DNA of 64,000 nucleotides. Source: Nymphaea colorata. Taxonomy: Eukaryota. The stretch spans positions 26,908,001 through 26,972,000 of the forward strand of contig NC_045138.2 in assembly GCF_008831285.2 (NCBI RefSeq). Direction: 5' to 3'. Within the stretch, counting starts at the first letter, position 1. Each line of letters opens with the position of its first letter. Shown one piece after another: positions 1 through 12,570 of the stretch. Under the pieces are notes generated by a model. The model worked only from the letters and a program-made list of their open reading frames with translations. It searched no databases and was not told where the DNA came from. The position numbers were made by a program, and so were the translations under genes.

Positions 1-260
1 GCAGTCAAACTATATGGGGAGCTCAAATCTTCTTGTGCATGAAATGTTTCCAGCCAAAATTATAGAAAAAGATTCCCATGAAAAATAAAGTAAAATAAAA
101 ACTTATAATGTGAAACCATATAACTAAACTAGCTCCAGTTGCACCTCAAACTGAAAAAAAATCAACATCATCAAGAGCATCATATAGATACTTCATCTTC
201 AACTCCTGTTTTTTAAATCAACAAATAAAAATGTGTCTCTCTTTCTGTGTGTCTATGTGT

Positions 261-286
261 AGAGAGAGAGAGAGAGAGAGAGAGAG
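261..286. repeat. (AG)n microsatellite
   Basis: Direct AG dinucleotide run. Confidence 0.95.
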
Positions 287-1919
287 TCAAATATACAGCA
301 AACCCATGAACCAGATAAGCAGCATTTTGTCACGAGGAAGAAAGAAAATATGAAAAAAATTATTCACACAAAAAGCAAAAAAAAAAACGGATATGTGAAG
401 TTCTGAAAATAAAATATAATAGGGTATAAAATAAAAAAAAAATCCCCCTAACTGGGGCAACTAGATAGTATAACGAGTAGATTAATTCAATAAACGCAAA
501 AGCACATCAAGGTATCAATCAAATATTATCAAATTTTTAACATGTTCTTCCATCTTTTTGCTTGCTTGATTGCACAAGCATGAACCATGAGAACTACCAA
601 AATGTATCGCTATAGTATAAAACAATGGAGCTTTCGAATTAAAAAACAAGAAATTAGTAACACAAGAATGAGCCAGGTACCCTTTCAGGCTTTCAGCAGG
701 ATCTATCCCAGACATGCAGTCCCATTACAGGCTCAAGCCTTGACCACCTCTGAGAAAGAATCCTCATGTTGTATTACCATTAACAATTAAGGCCAGCCTA
801 CAAACTCCACACAAGTCTTATCTGCACATACCAGACGCCAGAAACTATTTCCAAATGTATATACGGACTTTGTACTTTGACTTGAACTATAATCTGCTAT
901 GCATACTCTGTTACACAATCTTACACTCAAGATTCAATGAGCACTCAAATAGGCCATTTCCTCTAACCAAGCATGGTCAACAGCCAGAAAGATACTCCAC
1001 GAGGAAGTGAGCATTGGACTCTTACTGTCAGACCTTGTTTTTCCAGGAAACAAGGTCCGTCTTTCAGAAATGAAACTCCATCTTTAAAGCGTATGCAGAT
1101 TAGAAACAACTTTACAGTGTGAGATGCCTATGCTGGACAACATAAGTTTCATCAGCTGATCTTCACTGACATTCCTCCTTCACGCTTAACAAAGAATAAT
1201 GCAAGAGAAGATGATGCTTTCCAGCAAAGAAGGACAAAATTTTTAAGAAAACACATAGTCCTCAAAGAATAAGCGTAACATAGCTAAGGTTCAGAATTTG
1301 TCTCACTTCTCCTATCTCTTATCCTGTTAGTATGTTGGATACATAAACTGCGATCATCAACTGCCGGGGACAACAATTAATCATTCACAAAATAAAAGGT
1401 TCTCATAACACAAAAAGGATCAAAGTTTAAAAAAAACAAAGACGAACGTTCAAAGGAAATTTAACCATCAACTAAAGCTGGATCTAGAATCAAAAGTGCT
1501 TCAACATCTAACTTGACTTCCGTATCTGATCCAGCAAAGGACCAAAATTTGCTAATGATTCCACACTCCAATCCAAAAGCTGCCTCCACAATTACTAGAA
1601 GCATCAAAATCCAGCAACTCAGGATAGAAAATTATTATAATCAACGAATCAGGTTTATGTATCATCAGATGTTCGCAATTCTCACTTACATGATGAAATC
1701 ATAACTAGAAATGAGCACCCGGCGAAGCACAATATTGATAAAATGTAGAAGATGGAAGGCTATGAAAAACAAAATATTAAAGGTAACAAAAAATTCTCAT
1801 TATAAATTAAAAAAAAAAAACGCAGATAAAAAACATAGATAGCATGCGAAATGCACGCTAAAAGGAATCAAATCAAAGAGAATAACAGGACGGTACATGA
1901 GAACCGAATCAAAGCTTAC

Positions 1920-2150
1920 ATGAAAAAGGAAGCGGTGATCATGAGTCCAATCCCCACAAGAAGAACGGCAAGGGCTGGGTACCAGGTGACTGGCACGGGG
2001 CTCCCAATGGGCCTCAACTCCGAACCCTGAACCAAGTTTTCAAACAAAGGGGGAAGAACCAGAAACAAATTAACCATGAGAGGGATCAAGTGCAGAGAGA
2101 GACGAAGATGGCATAGAAAAACAAGAGGAAAGGAGATGGAATTTTACCAT
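1920..2150 (-). CDS. TMEM258: TMEM258/Ost5-family oligosaccharyltransferase small subunit, 5' part; remaining exons were not found in 1-1919 and probably lie left of the window
   Basis: Exon 1 codes only ATG (2150-2148), followed by a GTAAAA donor. Exon 2 is 2026-1920 (TTCAG acceptor, GTAAGC donor). Spliced peptide M-GSELRPIGSPVPVTWYPALAVLLVGIGLMITASFF(I) matches the plant TMEM258 motif 'PI.SPVPV.WYP.LAV..L.IGL..TASFFI'. Confidence 0.85.
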
Positions 2151-2830
2151 TTAGATCGAGAAGGAAAAAAGCACAGATCTGTCTCTCTCTTTCCCCGTCT
2201 CTCGCGCGCCGAAGAAGACGAGACCACTGTGAATGAGGGCTAAATCGGGTCTCGGGATAACCAGACCACACTGGATCCAAATTTTAGGTTCGACTTTGAA
2301 GCAGGTCTCCTGAGGCCCAAGCGTGTCAAGTCAACGGATCGGGCCTACCAAACACTAACCCAATTCAGGAACCATTTAGACGGGTCCGATACAGAGTAAA
2401 ATCCAAGTACTAATGAGATCCAACTCCCAAGTTGGGCGTAGAGTTTTGAACTTGTGCCGATATCCAAGTCTAAAGGTCCCAAAAGAATGCAACCAATTTA
2501 CCTCATTTTACATGTAGAAGGAAAACCAAAATAAGCTATGAGCATGAACCGGATTTTAGACCCGATCATCAGATCCAATAGGTGAAACTTAAAAAAGTAC
2601 GGGTCCGGATTCAATTAGGGCCACCATAGTTGTTTTCATTTTTTTTTTTTTTTGGTCTGGACCTTTTTTATTCGATTTCTTTCGTTGGTTCAAGATCCAA
2701 AGTAGTTAAGAAACATTATTTAAGGGGGCATGTGTGGCTGCATTGAATAACTGAAGATTGATTAGTTGAGTTTAACCCTACTTCATTTTCTAATGAACAA
2801 TAGGGAACTAAGTGGCAGTAAAGATTCACT

Positions 2831-3029
2831 AGGGCATTTAATGGTTTGGAATTTTGATTCAGAATAAAAATTTTTAGAATCATAATTCTTCTTCAAACCG
2901 GAATGAAATCAAAATTCCAAGTTTTAGTTTTCTAATTCCAGAAACAAAATACCTTTTTTGTTTAATAAATTTTAATTTTTGAAAAAATAAGCATTTTGAT
3001 TCTAAAATTACATGATTATCAAACGCCCC
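2831..3029. mobile_element. Tourist/PIF-Harbinger-like MITE (degenerate)
   Basis: Left end AGGGCATTTAATGG; the right end reverse-complements to GGGGCGTTTGATAA and is followed by TAA. AT-rich, about 200 bp, non-coding. Confidence 0.5.
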
Positions 3030-3684
3030 TAAGTCAATTGAAATTTGAACTTAGGTTCGATAGAGATTTATTAAAAGCTTAGTTCTTAACCAATATCACA
3101 TTCTGTTTCTTTTTCACCAACCCAACCAAAAATTTTAGCCGGAAGCAAAAATTATGTTCCTAATTATCATGGTTATCAGCAAACCAAAGAAGATAAGTTT
3201 AATATTTTAGTATGTCAACCATGGTAATCAGGAGAGATTACTCAATGTAATCCTGCATTTAAACAGGAACATGTTTAAGATGCAACCATTATCAAAGTAT
3301 GAAAAAACTTAAATACATGAATTGAATGATAATCTGCCAACGATGTCAAAAGTCCTGCAGAAATCTCGAGATCTTTGGAGCTTGTAGCAGGAAAGACGAA
3401 GAGATTGGCATCGGGACGCTGTGAACCAACGAATCTGAATATAAAACGGTGTATAAAATATTATTATTAAAAGCTACTTTCGGTGAATTTTATATTGGTT
3501 GGCTGAGACTGCCCGCCGGGTCGCGTCAGATATTGCTATATGTAATCCGCACCAACGAAGACGAGTTCGATCAAAACTCCATCGCCCCCGTCTTTCTCCT
3601 CCATCGTCGCTTCCCCCACGGAAGAATTTTTTTCTTCTAAAGGTCATCGCCGCCCATCTCCGGCCGATTTTTTCGTGTGCATAT

Positions 3685-3864
3685 CTGGTGTTGGATCGCC
3701 TTGGCAATCTCCGTCAAGCACCACCTCCGGCTCAAAAAATGGGTATGGAAATCTCAGAGTAGCCCTGCAAACTTAAATGGCTGGGGGGCAAGTCTCTGCC
3801 GGAGCTCACGAACCTCTCTAAAGCTCAGGAACACGCCAGACCCCTCTGAACAAGTTGCAGCCAT
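3685..3864 (-). pseudogene. Degenerate TIR domain (TIR-NLR or TIR-only gene relic)
   Basis: Minus strand from ATG 3864 reads MAATCSEGSGVFLSFRE..., then an in-frame stop. An alternate frame gives GYSEISIPIF*, and the first frame resumes as SRRWCLTEIAKAIQ. These match the TIR motifs DVFLSFRG, S.ISIPIFS and S.WCL.E.AK in the right order, but compressed and frameshifted. Confidence 0.6.
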
Positions 3865-4599
3865 GTCCAGTGGGTCTCTCGTGTTCTTGAGCTTCAGAGA
3901 GGAGACCATATCGTGAGCGAGATCGATCTGCTTTTGTAAGCTTGCAGGGACTACTCGATCGGTCGGACCCGTAGAGAGAAAGAGCGGCCGGTGACCTCTC
4001 AAAATACCTGTTTTTTCTGAGAGCCTCGAGGTGGTGTCTGACGGGGTTGGCCAAAACGATCCTTACACTCAGAGGATGGATATACTTCCGGCAGGCATAT
4101 GTCTTTCCCCGAATCATCATTTTTCTCTTTTTTCCATGTCCGATTACACTTATACATCAGATCTGATCTTTCTAACATGAAAAATAAGGGCATCAAATCC
4201 CTCATCCAGTTCCAGAAATGAGGGCTTGAGCCCCCATTTTCCTGCCGGAAAAATGGATTTGAAGCCCTCACTTCTGGCACCAGACATGAAGGCTTCGTAG
4301 CCTTCACACTCTCCGACATTTCTCTCTCTCGGGTGCCGTTCACCCTCGTCTTTGATTGAGGGCTTCGTGAGGTACACTTTCAGACTCGTTCACGCTCATC
4401 CTTTCATCCTCTCTCTTGGATTTGGCCGGCCATGGGCTTCACTTTCACCGCTTGAAACCCTCGGCCACGGGCACTGGACATCATGGCGTGACGTCTCCCG
4501 CCATGGCCTCCTGCGTAGATCTCGGATCTGTGGGGGACGACTGACCTCCCCCCATCTGTGTTAGGGTTAGGGTTTTGCGGTTGGTGGAAGCTAATAAGT

Positions 4600-4824
4600 G
4601 TGGGCCGACAGTTTTCAATTTGGTCCGGGTCTAGATTGGCCCGGATCTGAACCAATCATATGATTTCAAAGATTGAACTGGATCCCATCGGCCTCCAAAC
4701 TAAATCTGACTTCATCCAAATCTGAATCCGAAGTGGCCTTCGGATTCTAGTTCTATGCCCCGAATGTCAAAATGAATCGGTTCTGGATCGGATGTCTGAG
4801 TAAAACCAATCCATTTTCATCCCT
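4600..4824. mobile_element. hAT (Ac-like) non-autonomous element, right end only
   Basis: 4811-4824 CCATTTTCATCCCT reverse-complements to AGGGATGAAAATGG, resembling the Ac terminus TAGGGATGAAA. It is preceded by many GGATC/ATCCG-type subterminal repeats. No matching left TIR was found. Confidence 0.5.
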
Positions 4825-5094
4825 CATCCGGTCAGGAGGCTTGCAGAAGTAGGGTTTGGGAAAACGCTCTCGTCTCCGTGGCGTCTCTCTTCGCGCGGCT
4901 CATCTTGCGATCTCCACGAGGCACCATTTGGATTCTGCAGACGCTTGGTTGGGGAGATCCTGTCTTTCCTCATTTATCTTGAATGGCCCTTCACTGTTAT
5001 GTCATTTTCCTCGCATTTGTTGTCCCTCTCCGAGGGGAAGATCACGGGGAAAAACCTTTACCCCTGAAACTTGTGAACTTCTCTGGCCCATCGG

Positions 5095-5347
5095 GGCGTG
5101 TAGTTAAGTTTCAGGGGGAAGGACATACGGAGTGATGTGGAAGAAATGGTGAAATTGTCAAAATGCTATTCAGATAAATGAAGAACAAGAGATTTCCCTC
5201 CGCCATCCTTTTGCGGGTCCAAATGGTTCCTCATGAAGGTAACAAGAATGATCCAACTTCAGATTTGGTTACCTGTGTGTGATCCGACTTCAGCTTCAGC
5301 GTTCATGAAGGCAACAAGAATGATCCAGCTCCACCAAGACAACGGAG
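5095..5347 (+). pseudogene. Second degenerate TIR domain relic
   Basis: One frame from 5095 reads GV*LSFRGKDIRSDV...DK*...SFCGSKWFLMKVTRMIQ..., matching (DV)FLSFRG.D.R and Y..SKWCL.E...M. It has two in-frame stops and an internal duplication (TCATGAAGG(T/C)AACAAGAATGATCCA twice), and ends at a GGTAAC donor-like site. Confidence 0.6.
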
Positions 5348-6188
5348 GTAACCTTTTTTTCTTTTTTTTCCTTGAAAGGTTTAAATCTGAAGCATGACAA
5401 CAGATCTAACGCCTCTCCTCTAGCCTGTGACCTCAGACCAACTCTAAAGACTCATCTGAGATGGACTGTCTCGTCTAATAAAGGATATATGTTACTTTTG
5501 AGTCCCACCTTAGCGCAAGCGCGAAGAAACGATTGGACGAAAAATGGCATAAGACAGGCCGTCAGTACGATGCCGCTCTCACCTTTCAAACGCCGGGAAA
5601 GCAACACGCAAGGGGTTGGCAGATTGTTTAAGATGGTTTCATTTTGGACATCTATGTGCATCAACTCCTGATACCCATAAATCCACCGGAAGCGGTCACT
5701 GAGTTTGGGGTTCGGAATACTAGTTGTGAGGTGCTTGGGGCCTTAGCTTGTTCTGTGAATCAACTGCGGATGCGAACGCGGGATGTGCGGCGTGCGCCCA
5801 CTTGCATTCATCAGCGTTGAGATCCTTTAGAAGCTTTATCTACAATGCTATGTCAAGGACAATGCAAATGCCATTTTTGTTGTATCAAATTTCTGTCTGA
5901 ACTGATCTAGCAGTGGTTTTGATAAAAAGTAACGGATGTATTACAGAAAAATCAATGGATATGCAGGGGTTTATAGTATATTAGTTTCAGTACTTCGAAG
6001 TTAGAAAAAACTACGAATCATGAGGAAAACATTGTAGAAATTCAGCGTCATCCATGCCTACATGAAGTATGAATACTTATAGCAGCTGTAAGTAACATCT
6101 TACAGTTCCTCTATCACAAGTGATTTTTGTAATGTAAGAGTTTGAGTGCATACCTGAGCTAGTGTGGATGGAAAGTCCTTTTTATGCA

Positions 6189-7004
6189 ATTATCTAAATT
6201 ACGAAGTTGGCATTTATTAAAATTTTAGCTGCCATAGAATGTTTAGGCCTTGAGAAGTTTGACCTATGCAGCAATTTGGGTTATCCCGAGATGAAATTTT
6301 CGCTAGTATTACATCAAACGGCAGCCACCATTTACGTCATAAGAACAAATTTTGTGAGATTGCTGGGCCTTCTTGTCTAATTGATAGGGGCGGAACATAT
6401 GTGTGCTTCTGGAAACTCAAACTGACTGGCCGCAGAAAAAGCAGCTTGGAAAATAGATAGGTAGCAATAGCGTGGCCCAGCCAAAAGTAAAATAGATCTT
6501 GTTAAATTTGAGAATAAGGAAAGATGGTGCTATCGTTACATTTTTCAGGGAAAGGAAGGTCCCATTCTTCAGGGCGTTACTGGGGCACCTTTTTTCTTCT
6601 TTGATTATCTAAATTACAAGGTTTGGCATTTATTAAAATTTTAGCTGCCATAGAGTGTTTTGGGCTTGAGAAGCATCCGACCTATGCAACAATTTGGGCC
6701 ATCCCGAGATCAAATTTTCAGTAGTATTATGGCGAACGGTAGCCATTATTTTCATCATAAGAACAACTTTTGTGAGCCCATCTTGTCTAATTGGTAGGGC
6801 GGAACATGTGTGCGCTTCTGGAAATTCAAACTGACTGATTCGCAGTTAAAGAAGCTTGGAACATAGATAGGTAACATGGCCCAAAGAGAAAAGTTAAATA
6901 AAAATTGAGCTAAGGAAAAGAAGGTGCTATTGTTACTTTTGATAATAAGGACGAGAAGGGGCCTATTCTTCAAGGCCTTCCTGACACTTTTTTTTCCTCA
7001 TTGA
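6189..7004 (+). repeat. Diverged tandem duplication of about 415 bp (copies about 6189-6603 and 6604-7004), probably a decayed NLR LRR segment
   Basis: Both copies start ATTATCTAAATTAC...TTGGCATTTATTAAAATTTTAGCTGCCATAGA and align along their length. Translations such as LSKLQGLAFIKILAAIECFGLEK, DLCSNLGY and NKFCEIAGPSCLI resemble terminal TNL LRRs. The duplication is certain; the LRR identity is inference. Confidence 0.8.
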
Positions 7005-7862
7005 TGTCCGGAGGACATTTTTTCTATTTATCGTTGTTACATTTTTGTTGATATCAAGCATGTTTCAAGATGTGTGTTGGACTGTAGGACGTTGATAAGC
7101 ACCTTCGTGACAAATAAATAAACAGTTTATTTGAGCAGCCGTGTATATTTATGCAGAAAACTTAACAATTGAAGTTCAAAGTTTTTTGGAAAGTATATTC
7201 AAATTTGTCCTTAACAACCACACGTTTATGTGTTCAAATTAAAGTCAAGATCATGTCCATATGCATGCCTTATGTGTTTAGATTTGTCTTGGATATAAAC
7301 TGTCTATGAATACCCAATTTCTGCACACATATAAACTGCTTCATGTGTTCAAGCGCATACATTGAGATCCTGATTTTGGCTTATTATTGTTCAATTACAT
7401 ATGGGTCCGATGTTAAGTGGTATTTTCTATTATTTCCGTGTAAGTAGTATTTTCAGTATTTGTCATGGACTGATGTTAATAATGCTTTTCAATGTTAGCA
7501 AGCAGACGATAGGTGGTGGGGGACAGTTTTTGTGGTACTTCTTTGTTGTTCTCGAGATTTGAGGATATTGTCTCGGTTTGGGTAAAATAGGTCAAAAAAA
7601 ATGGAAGAAAAGAAGATCAGAGACAGTGAGAAGGTCAAATGGACAAATACCAATCATGGTACACAATAACCTCTATCTGGTTGAAGCCTATAAGGTATTG
7701 CAGCAACATCCTTGAGTTTGGAAACAGAGCATTGGCACCACAAGAGAGACACTTTTGTTGAAACGAAACATTGATTTTATTAATCACAACTTTAGTCTAA
7801 TTTTAAATTTTCAGTGATTTTGTACTGTAAATAGTAGTACTGTATCTAATATACCTTGACAG

Positions 7863-7967
7863 TTCACAATAGATGCTCCTGAAGGGAATGATCCAGTGGC
7901 TTTAGACTTCAGCAGCACAGGGAATGGTCAGGCATGGGCCAATGGGCATCATATTGGTTGTCATTGG
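7863..7967 (+). pseudogene. Orphan beta-galactosidase (GH35, BGAL) exon fragment
   Basis: After a GACAG acceptor the frame reads [35 protein letters not shown], matching the plant BGAL motif T.FDAP.G.DPVALD..SMGKGQAWVNGHHIGRYW. Conserved positions are substituted (M>T, K>N, V>A, RY>CH) and no flanking BGAL exons follow in order. Confidence 0.8.
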
Positions 7968-10900
7968 GTCTCCTCCACGATGTGGCCGCTGATTCCAAGT
8001 CTGAAGCAGTCTGATGTATCCTCATCTAAATCTTGTGCTCAATTGTCTTCATGCTTTAGCGCAGAGCAGAAGATACAATATAACCCCCCCACCCACCACC
8101 CCCCCACAAAAGTAAAAAAAGACCCACCCACAAACACATATCAATGCAATCATCATCTTCATTACCAGAATTGTTCCAGCAATGGTAGGCTTAAAATTTT
8201 GTTGCAGATGGAGATGAGCTATCCTATCTAATTGGCGGAACTAGTTTTAGATGGTCCAAATTTGTACTTCTTTGTGTTAGAAGCAGCAACATCTCAGAAA
8301 TTAATTCCTTTGTTTTTAAAATATGCTGTTTGTTTTGGTAAAGGTTCTAAGACTGAAGTAGAAAAAAGGTGGAAAAGAGAAAAAGAATGCCAAGTGAAAA
8401 TGGGCAAATAGCCTCTTTTTTAGGAGGAACTTCCGGAGAGATAAATTCTGTGAAAATCTATGTGCAATGATATGACGTCTGTTGCAATTTTTGAGACTCA
8501 ACCTACATCTACATGATCGTCTTGCCACAGATATACCTTTCCAGTAGAGGACCACTGAAGTGGATCCAAGTTATCTGCTAAAATTTCAGAACTTGATCTT
8601 GTCTGATACTACCTGATTGTGATCATTGGGATTGGTGCTAAATTTGTCAGTTGGTTGATTTGTATAAGCTACCGCTAATCTTTGGTAATCAATATGAAAT
8701 GCTTTGCAACTCTGTTGCATCTAGATGTTGTATTGATTTCTTGCTGCTGCTTTTGTGTGCCAATGAATATCCTTAGTTCTGTATGCTTCTCAGATCGATG
8801 GCTTTCTATAGTCCAAAGTTCCAAAGTGTTGAGCAGCCTCGTAGTTCAACGTATGCTTCATTTACTTCATAGCTTATACTAGTGCTGCTTAACTTTTATT
8901 TGTTAGAGTTAACGACTAGAACTTCTTATGTTTGGCTGCCAACTCTGATAATTCTGCAGTTCAAGCTTCTGTGTGTCACCATGTGCTTCCTGCTGTTGAG
9001 TTTGATCATTGATGGATATTTTGAGCACAACCTGTAGATAGTGTGCAAAATTAGGCAACCAAAATCGACAAACAAATTCGTCAGTGTATGTCAACTATTC
9101 TGTTTGCAATCAACTGAACAATCGCTGCTCCTTCTCTTCCTCTGTTTTTTTAATCTCCATCTTATCATCATTCTAGAAGCCCGATTTCTATTGAATAATA
9201 ATTTAAGCATCCAATGCAGATATGAAAACTGTCGCTCCATTAGCACTCTTGCATTGAAGTGCAAAAATGGTTTCCATATAGTGTAGCAAAGCCATAATTT
9301 TCTATTTTACTAAATTGCCAACACCACGAGATAGTTGATTTTCAATTAGTTTGAACTTGTCAGGGGAGCTTGACAATCGTTCTTGACTCTTATTTGAAAG
9401 AAATGAAGTCAGAGCAACGCATTGTGTGGTAAATGACTACCAACTAAAAGCGGTCCTGGACTACGATCCTGATAAAACATTTGCAAGAGAGAGAGAGAGA
9501 GTGAGAGAGCTCCCCATTTCTCTGCAAGTATATATGCACAATCGCAGAATTGATTAACGGGGGTACTTAGATATGATCGATCCCTGTGATCAAAGAGATT
9601 GCATGCGGGATTTCTTTTGTTCTTTAATTACACTTGAATTTAATCTGATTTTTCCTACATCTGAATACAAATGAATATTTTTTCGCAAGCACTGGTAATA
9701 TTATTCTGAATTCAATTGAATAACATTGGTAATGTTATTCTGAAAGTGGTATGAAAATCCAAATATCTTTTTCTAATGTTTTATGGATGCTTGTTATCCA
9801 ATATTGGTTCCTTGAACTACCCAAAGACATTTTTTTCTGGAATCATGAAAAAGATGCGGTATCTGTGATTCTTGGTCGACCTTTCTTTTTCTGAAATGAC
9901 ATGTGGCATGTGTGTTTGCACTTATTACTTATTGAAAACTTTGTGGTCCAATCTTTTGGCATCTTTTAATGTAATATACTGTAATTTGTCATTCATGTAA
10001 CTAAAAGTTCTTGTTAGCTTCATGAGAAAAATCCAGTGCAATCAATGTCAGGTTTAGAAGTATATATTTTTAAGTTTTGGTTCAAGGTTTTTACTGGAGT
10101 CGTATGGAACTCCATATAGGTATCTGAAAATTATGCATGTTATGTTAATTCCAAGAAGAAACGGTTCATGAATGCAAACATATGTGCATGCACCAGACAA
10201 GAAACATGGTTTCAGTCTTGTGCATTATGTTTCTGTCAGCGGTATTATTGATAAATGTTGGTAGTCACGTTGAGTATTTCTAAATCACTTTTTTTTTTCC
10301 TGTGATTTTTGGCAGTATTTCATATGCTGATCTGTCTCAAAGAAGAATTTCATGCCAATTAAACTAAAATCCCCAAAAGATGCTCAGTTCATCTTAGTTT
10401 TCAACGACATACACTGGTGTCCCACTACAGGTGATAACCTTTCATTTGAGTAGTTAATGTACTTATGACACAATGTGGTATGTTGACTAGATGCTTGTAA
10501 TACTGATGAAAATGCACTGCAGTTAAATGAAGGTATTAATAGTGTAACTTTTTCAGTATACATATACCTCATAGTGCTAAATGAAGATTGCTTCTGAAAT
10601 ATTTGTCCCACGATTCTTGTCACAGTGCCTTTTTGGTTGCACACGTATTCTATCAGTTTTTATCCTATTTCCGTTAACCGTTTCTTTTTACCAACTTCAC
10701 AGTGCTAAATGAAGTCATCCGCATTTCCCTTTAATTTGCGAACCCATTTTGAAACCGATCATATTAATCATAGGTTGAGGAGGAACAAGATGTCATGTTT
10801 TTGTTTTAGAGAAAGAAATTCTTGTTGGGTGACTATTTTGCCGATGACTCCTCTCGGAATGAGGTTGGTTACTGAATGATCCAGTCACTGAACGAGAGAC

Positions 10901-12570
10901 CATATGATGAATATGATGTTTATATGATGAATATGGTATCTCGGCCGACGAATTTTAAATGCACCTTGTGACTGAGCGACGTCGCCTTCTTGTATGGCCG
11001 GCACTCCAATTTTCCCATCGTTATGATTCATCGTGAAATTGAGGAGATGGCCTTTAAAAAGAATCACTAATTGAGACAAAACCAATGGAGCGCCTTGATG
11101 TGCAACGTAAATGAGCGGTGAACTCAGTTCTCCGGCAGACTCTTGATGCTCAGGTTCTCTATCTATTCCCACGTTAAGCTTTACTGGCACCAGCACAGAT
11201 GGCGAGGGAAAAGCCATGAATCTTGTTCAAGGAAGAGTATGAAGTATCTGATACCATGAAACACAGGGACGAGTTCAACGATGGAAATTCCATTTCTCAG
11301 TGTGCTGATATCAATTGTAATGACAGATAGTAAGATGCATATGTGGAATACAATGAATGAACTTATCAGAGTGCGGCAGAAGAAAGATCAAGATCCTAAA
11401 TCACAGAAACAGAGAATTATTTCTGCTTTCATTGGATCCTCTTTCTTTTTATCTGAACAACATTCTACAGCTCCTCGTGGTCCGTTGCCAATTCTGGCTC
11501 CCTTATCTTCTCAAGATGTCCTTTGCCTTAACAAGACCCCAGGGTCTATGACTGCTTGGTGGACCTATAGGTGCAACAGATATAGAGCTGACATCCTTTG
11601 GAATTCGAAACTCGACCATCCATGAAGCCTTCTCCGACCACACTCCACCCACCCAAAGAAACCCCACAATAGCGACATCAATCTTTAGATAGAGCATCAA
11701 CGGATAAAATGTACACATGATCTAATCAGGTGGGAGGTAAAAAAGAGTTCTTGGCCGTCCTGTGAAATACATTAAAGAAGTTTTTATAGCTAGTGGGAAC
11801 CACAAAGATGTTATGAGATACTTTGATTATGAGAAAATCAACAAAGTTTCTCTTGCTAGCCCTTTTTGTGGGATTGACCAAAAATGACATGCAGATCTCT
11901 AAAATTAAAAGGTGTGCCCACTAAGATCTGAGTACATACCCCGACTCAAAATGTTTGAGGATTTGGCATTCAGTTAAAAATAATTGGGAATATCTCGAAC
12001 TTATATCTGCAGATATAAGCAAACGGGTGTTTCAAAGTCGCAGAGAGTAGTCTCATTATTAGAAAACGGAGCCACGAAAACTTTATACATCTAAGATTGT
12101 AGAGGCTGTCACTTTATCAAATCGGTGTTGGTACACCAAAGCCCAACTTGCAGGCCAAAGGAGGAAAAAAATGTGGGATTGGGCTTTAAATTGAGCAGAC
12201 ATGATATATTAAATGTGGTTGTTGTGAGGCTTGGTTGAGACAAATTAACAATGTAAGGAGAACATACTTTTTGACTATATAAAATGGCTGCTGGTAGATT
12301 ATTATCTAGGTATATATAATATTTGATTGTCCACAACCTTCATTCGTCAACAGTTTTATTGTTATTTGATGTAGAAACCGCTAAAGAATTCACTTATCAA
12401 TCTGTTCCTGTAAATGAGATCTGTCTAGACGGAGCTCGATCCTTATCCCCAAGACTTTACCTAGGGCATAATATGACCTTCCTGTTCTCTTTCTACTTTT
12501 TCTTCCGTTTATTATCATTGGAAACTGTATTGCAACCTTTGATATGAGTAATGCAAATTGCAAACTACTA

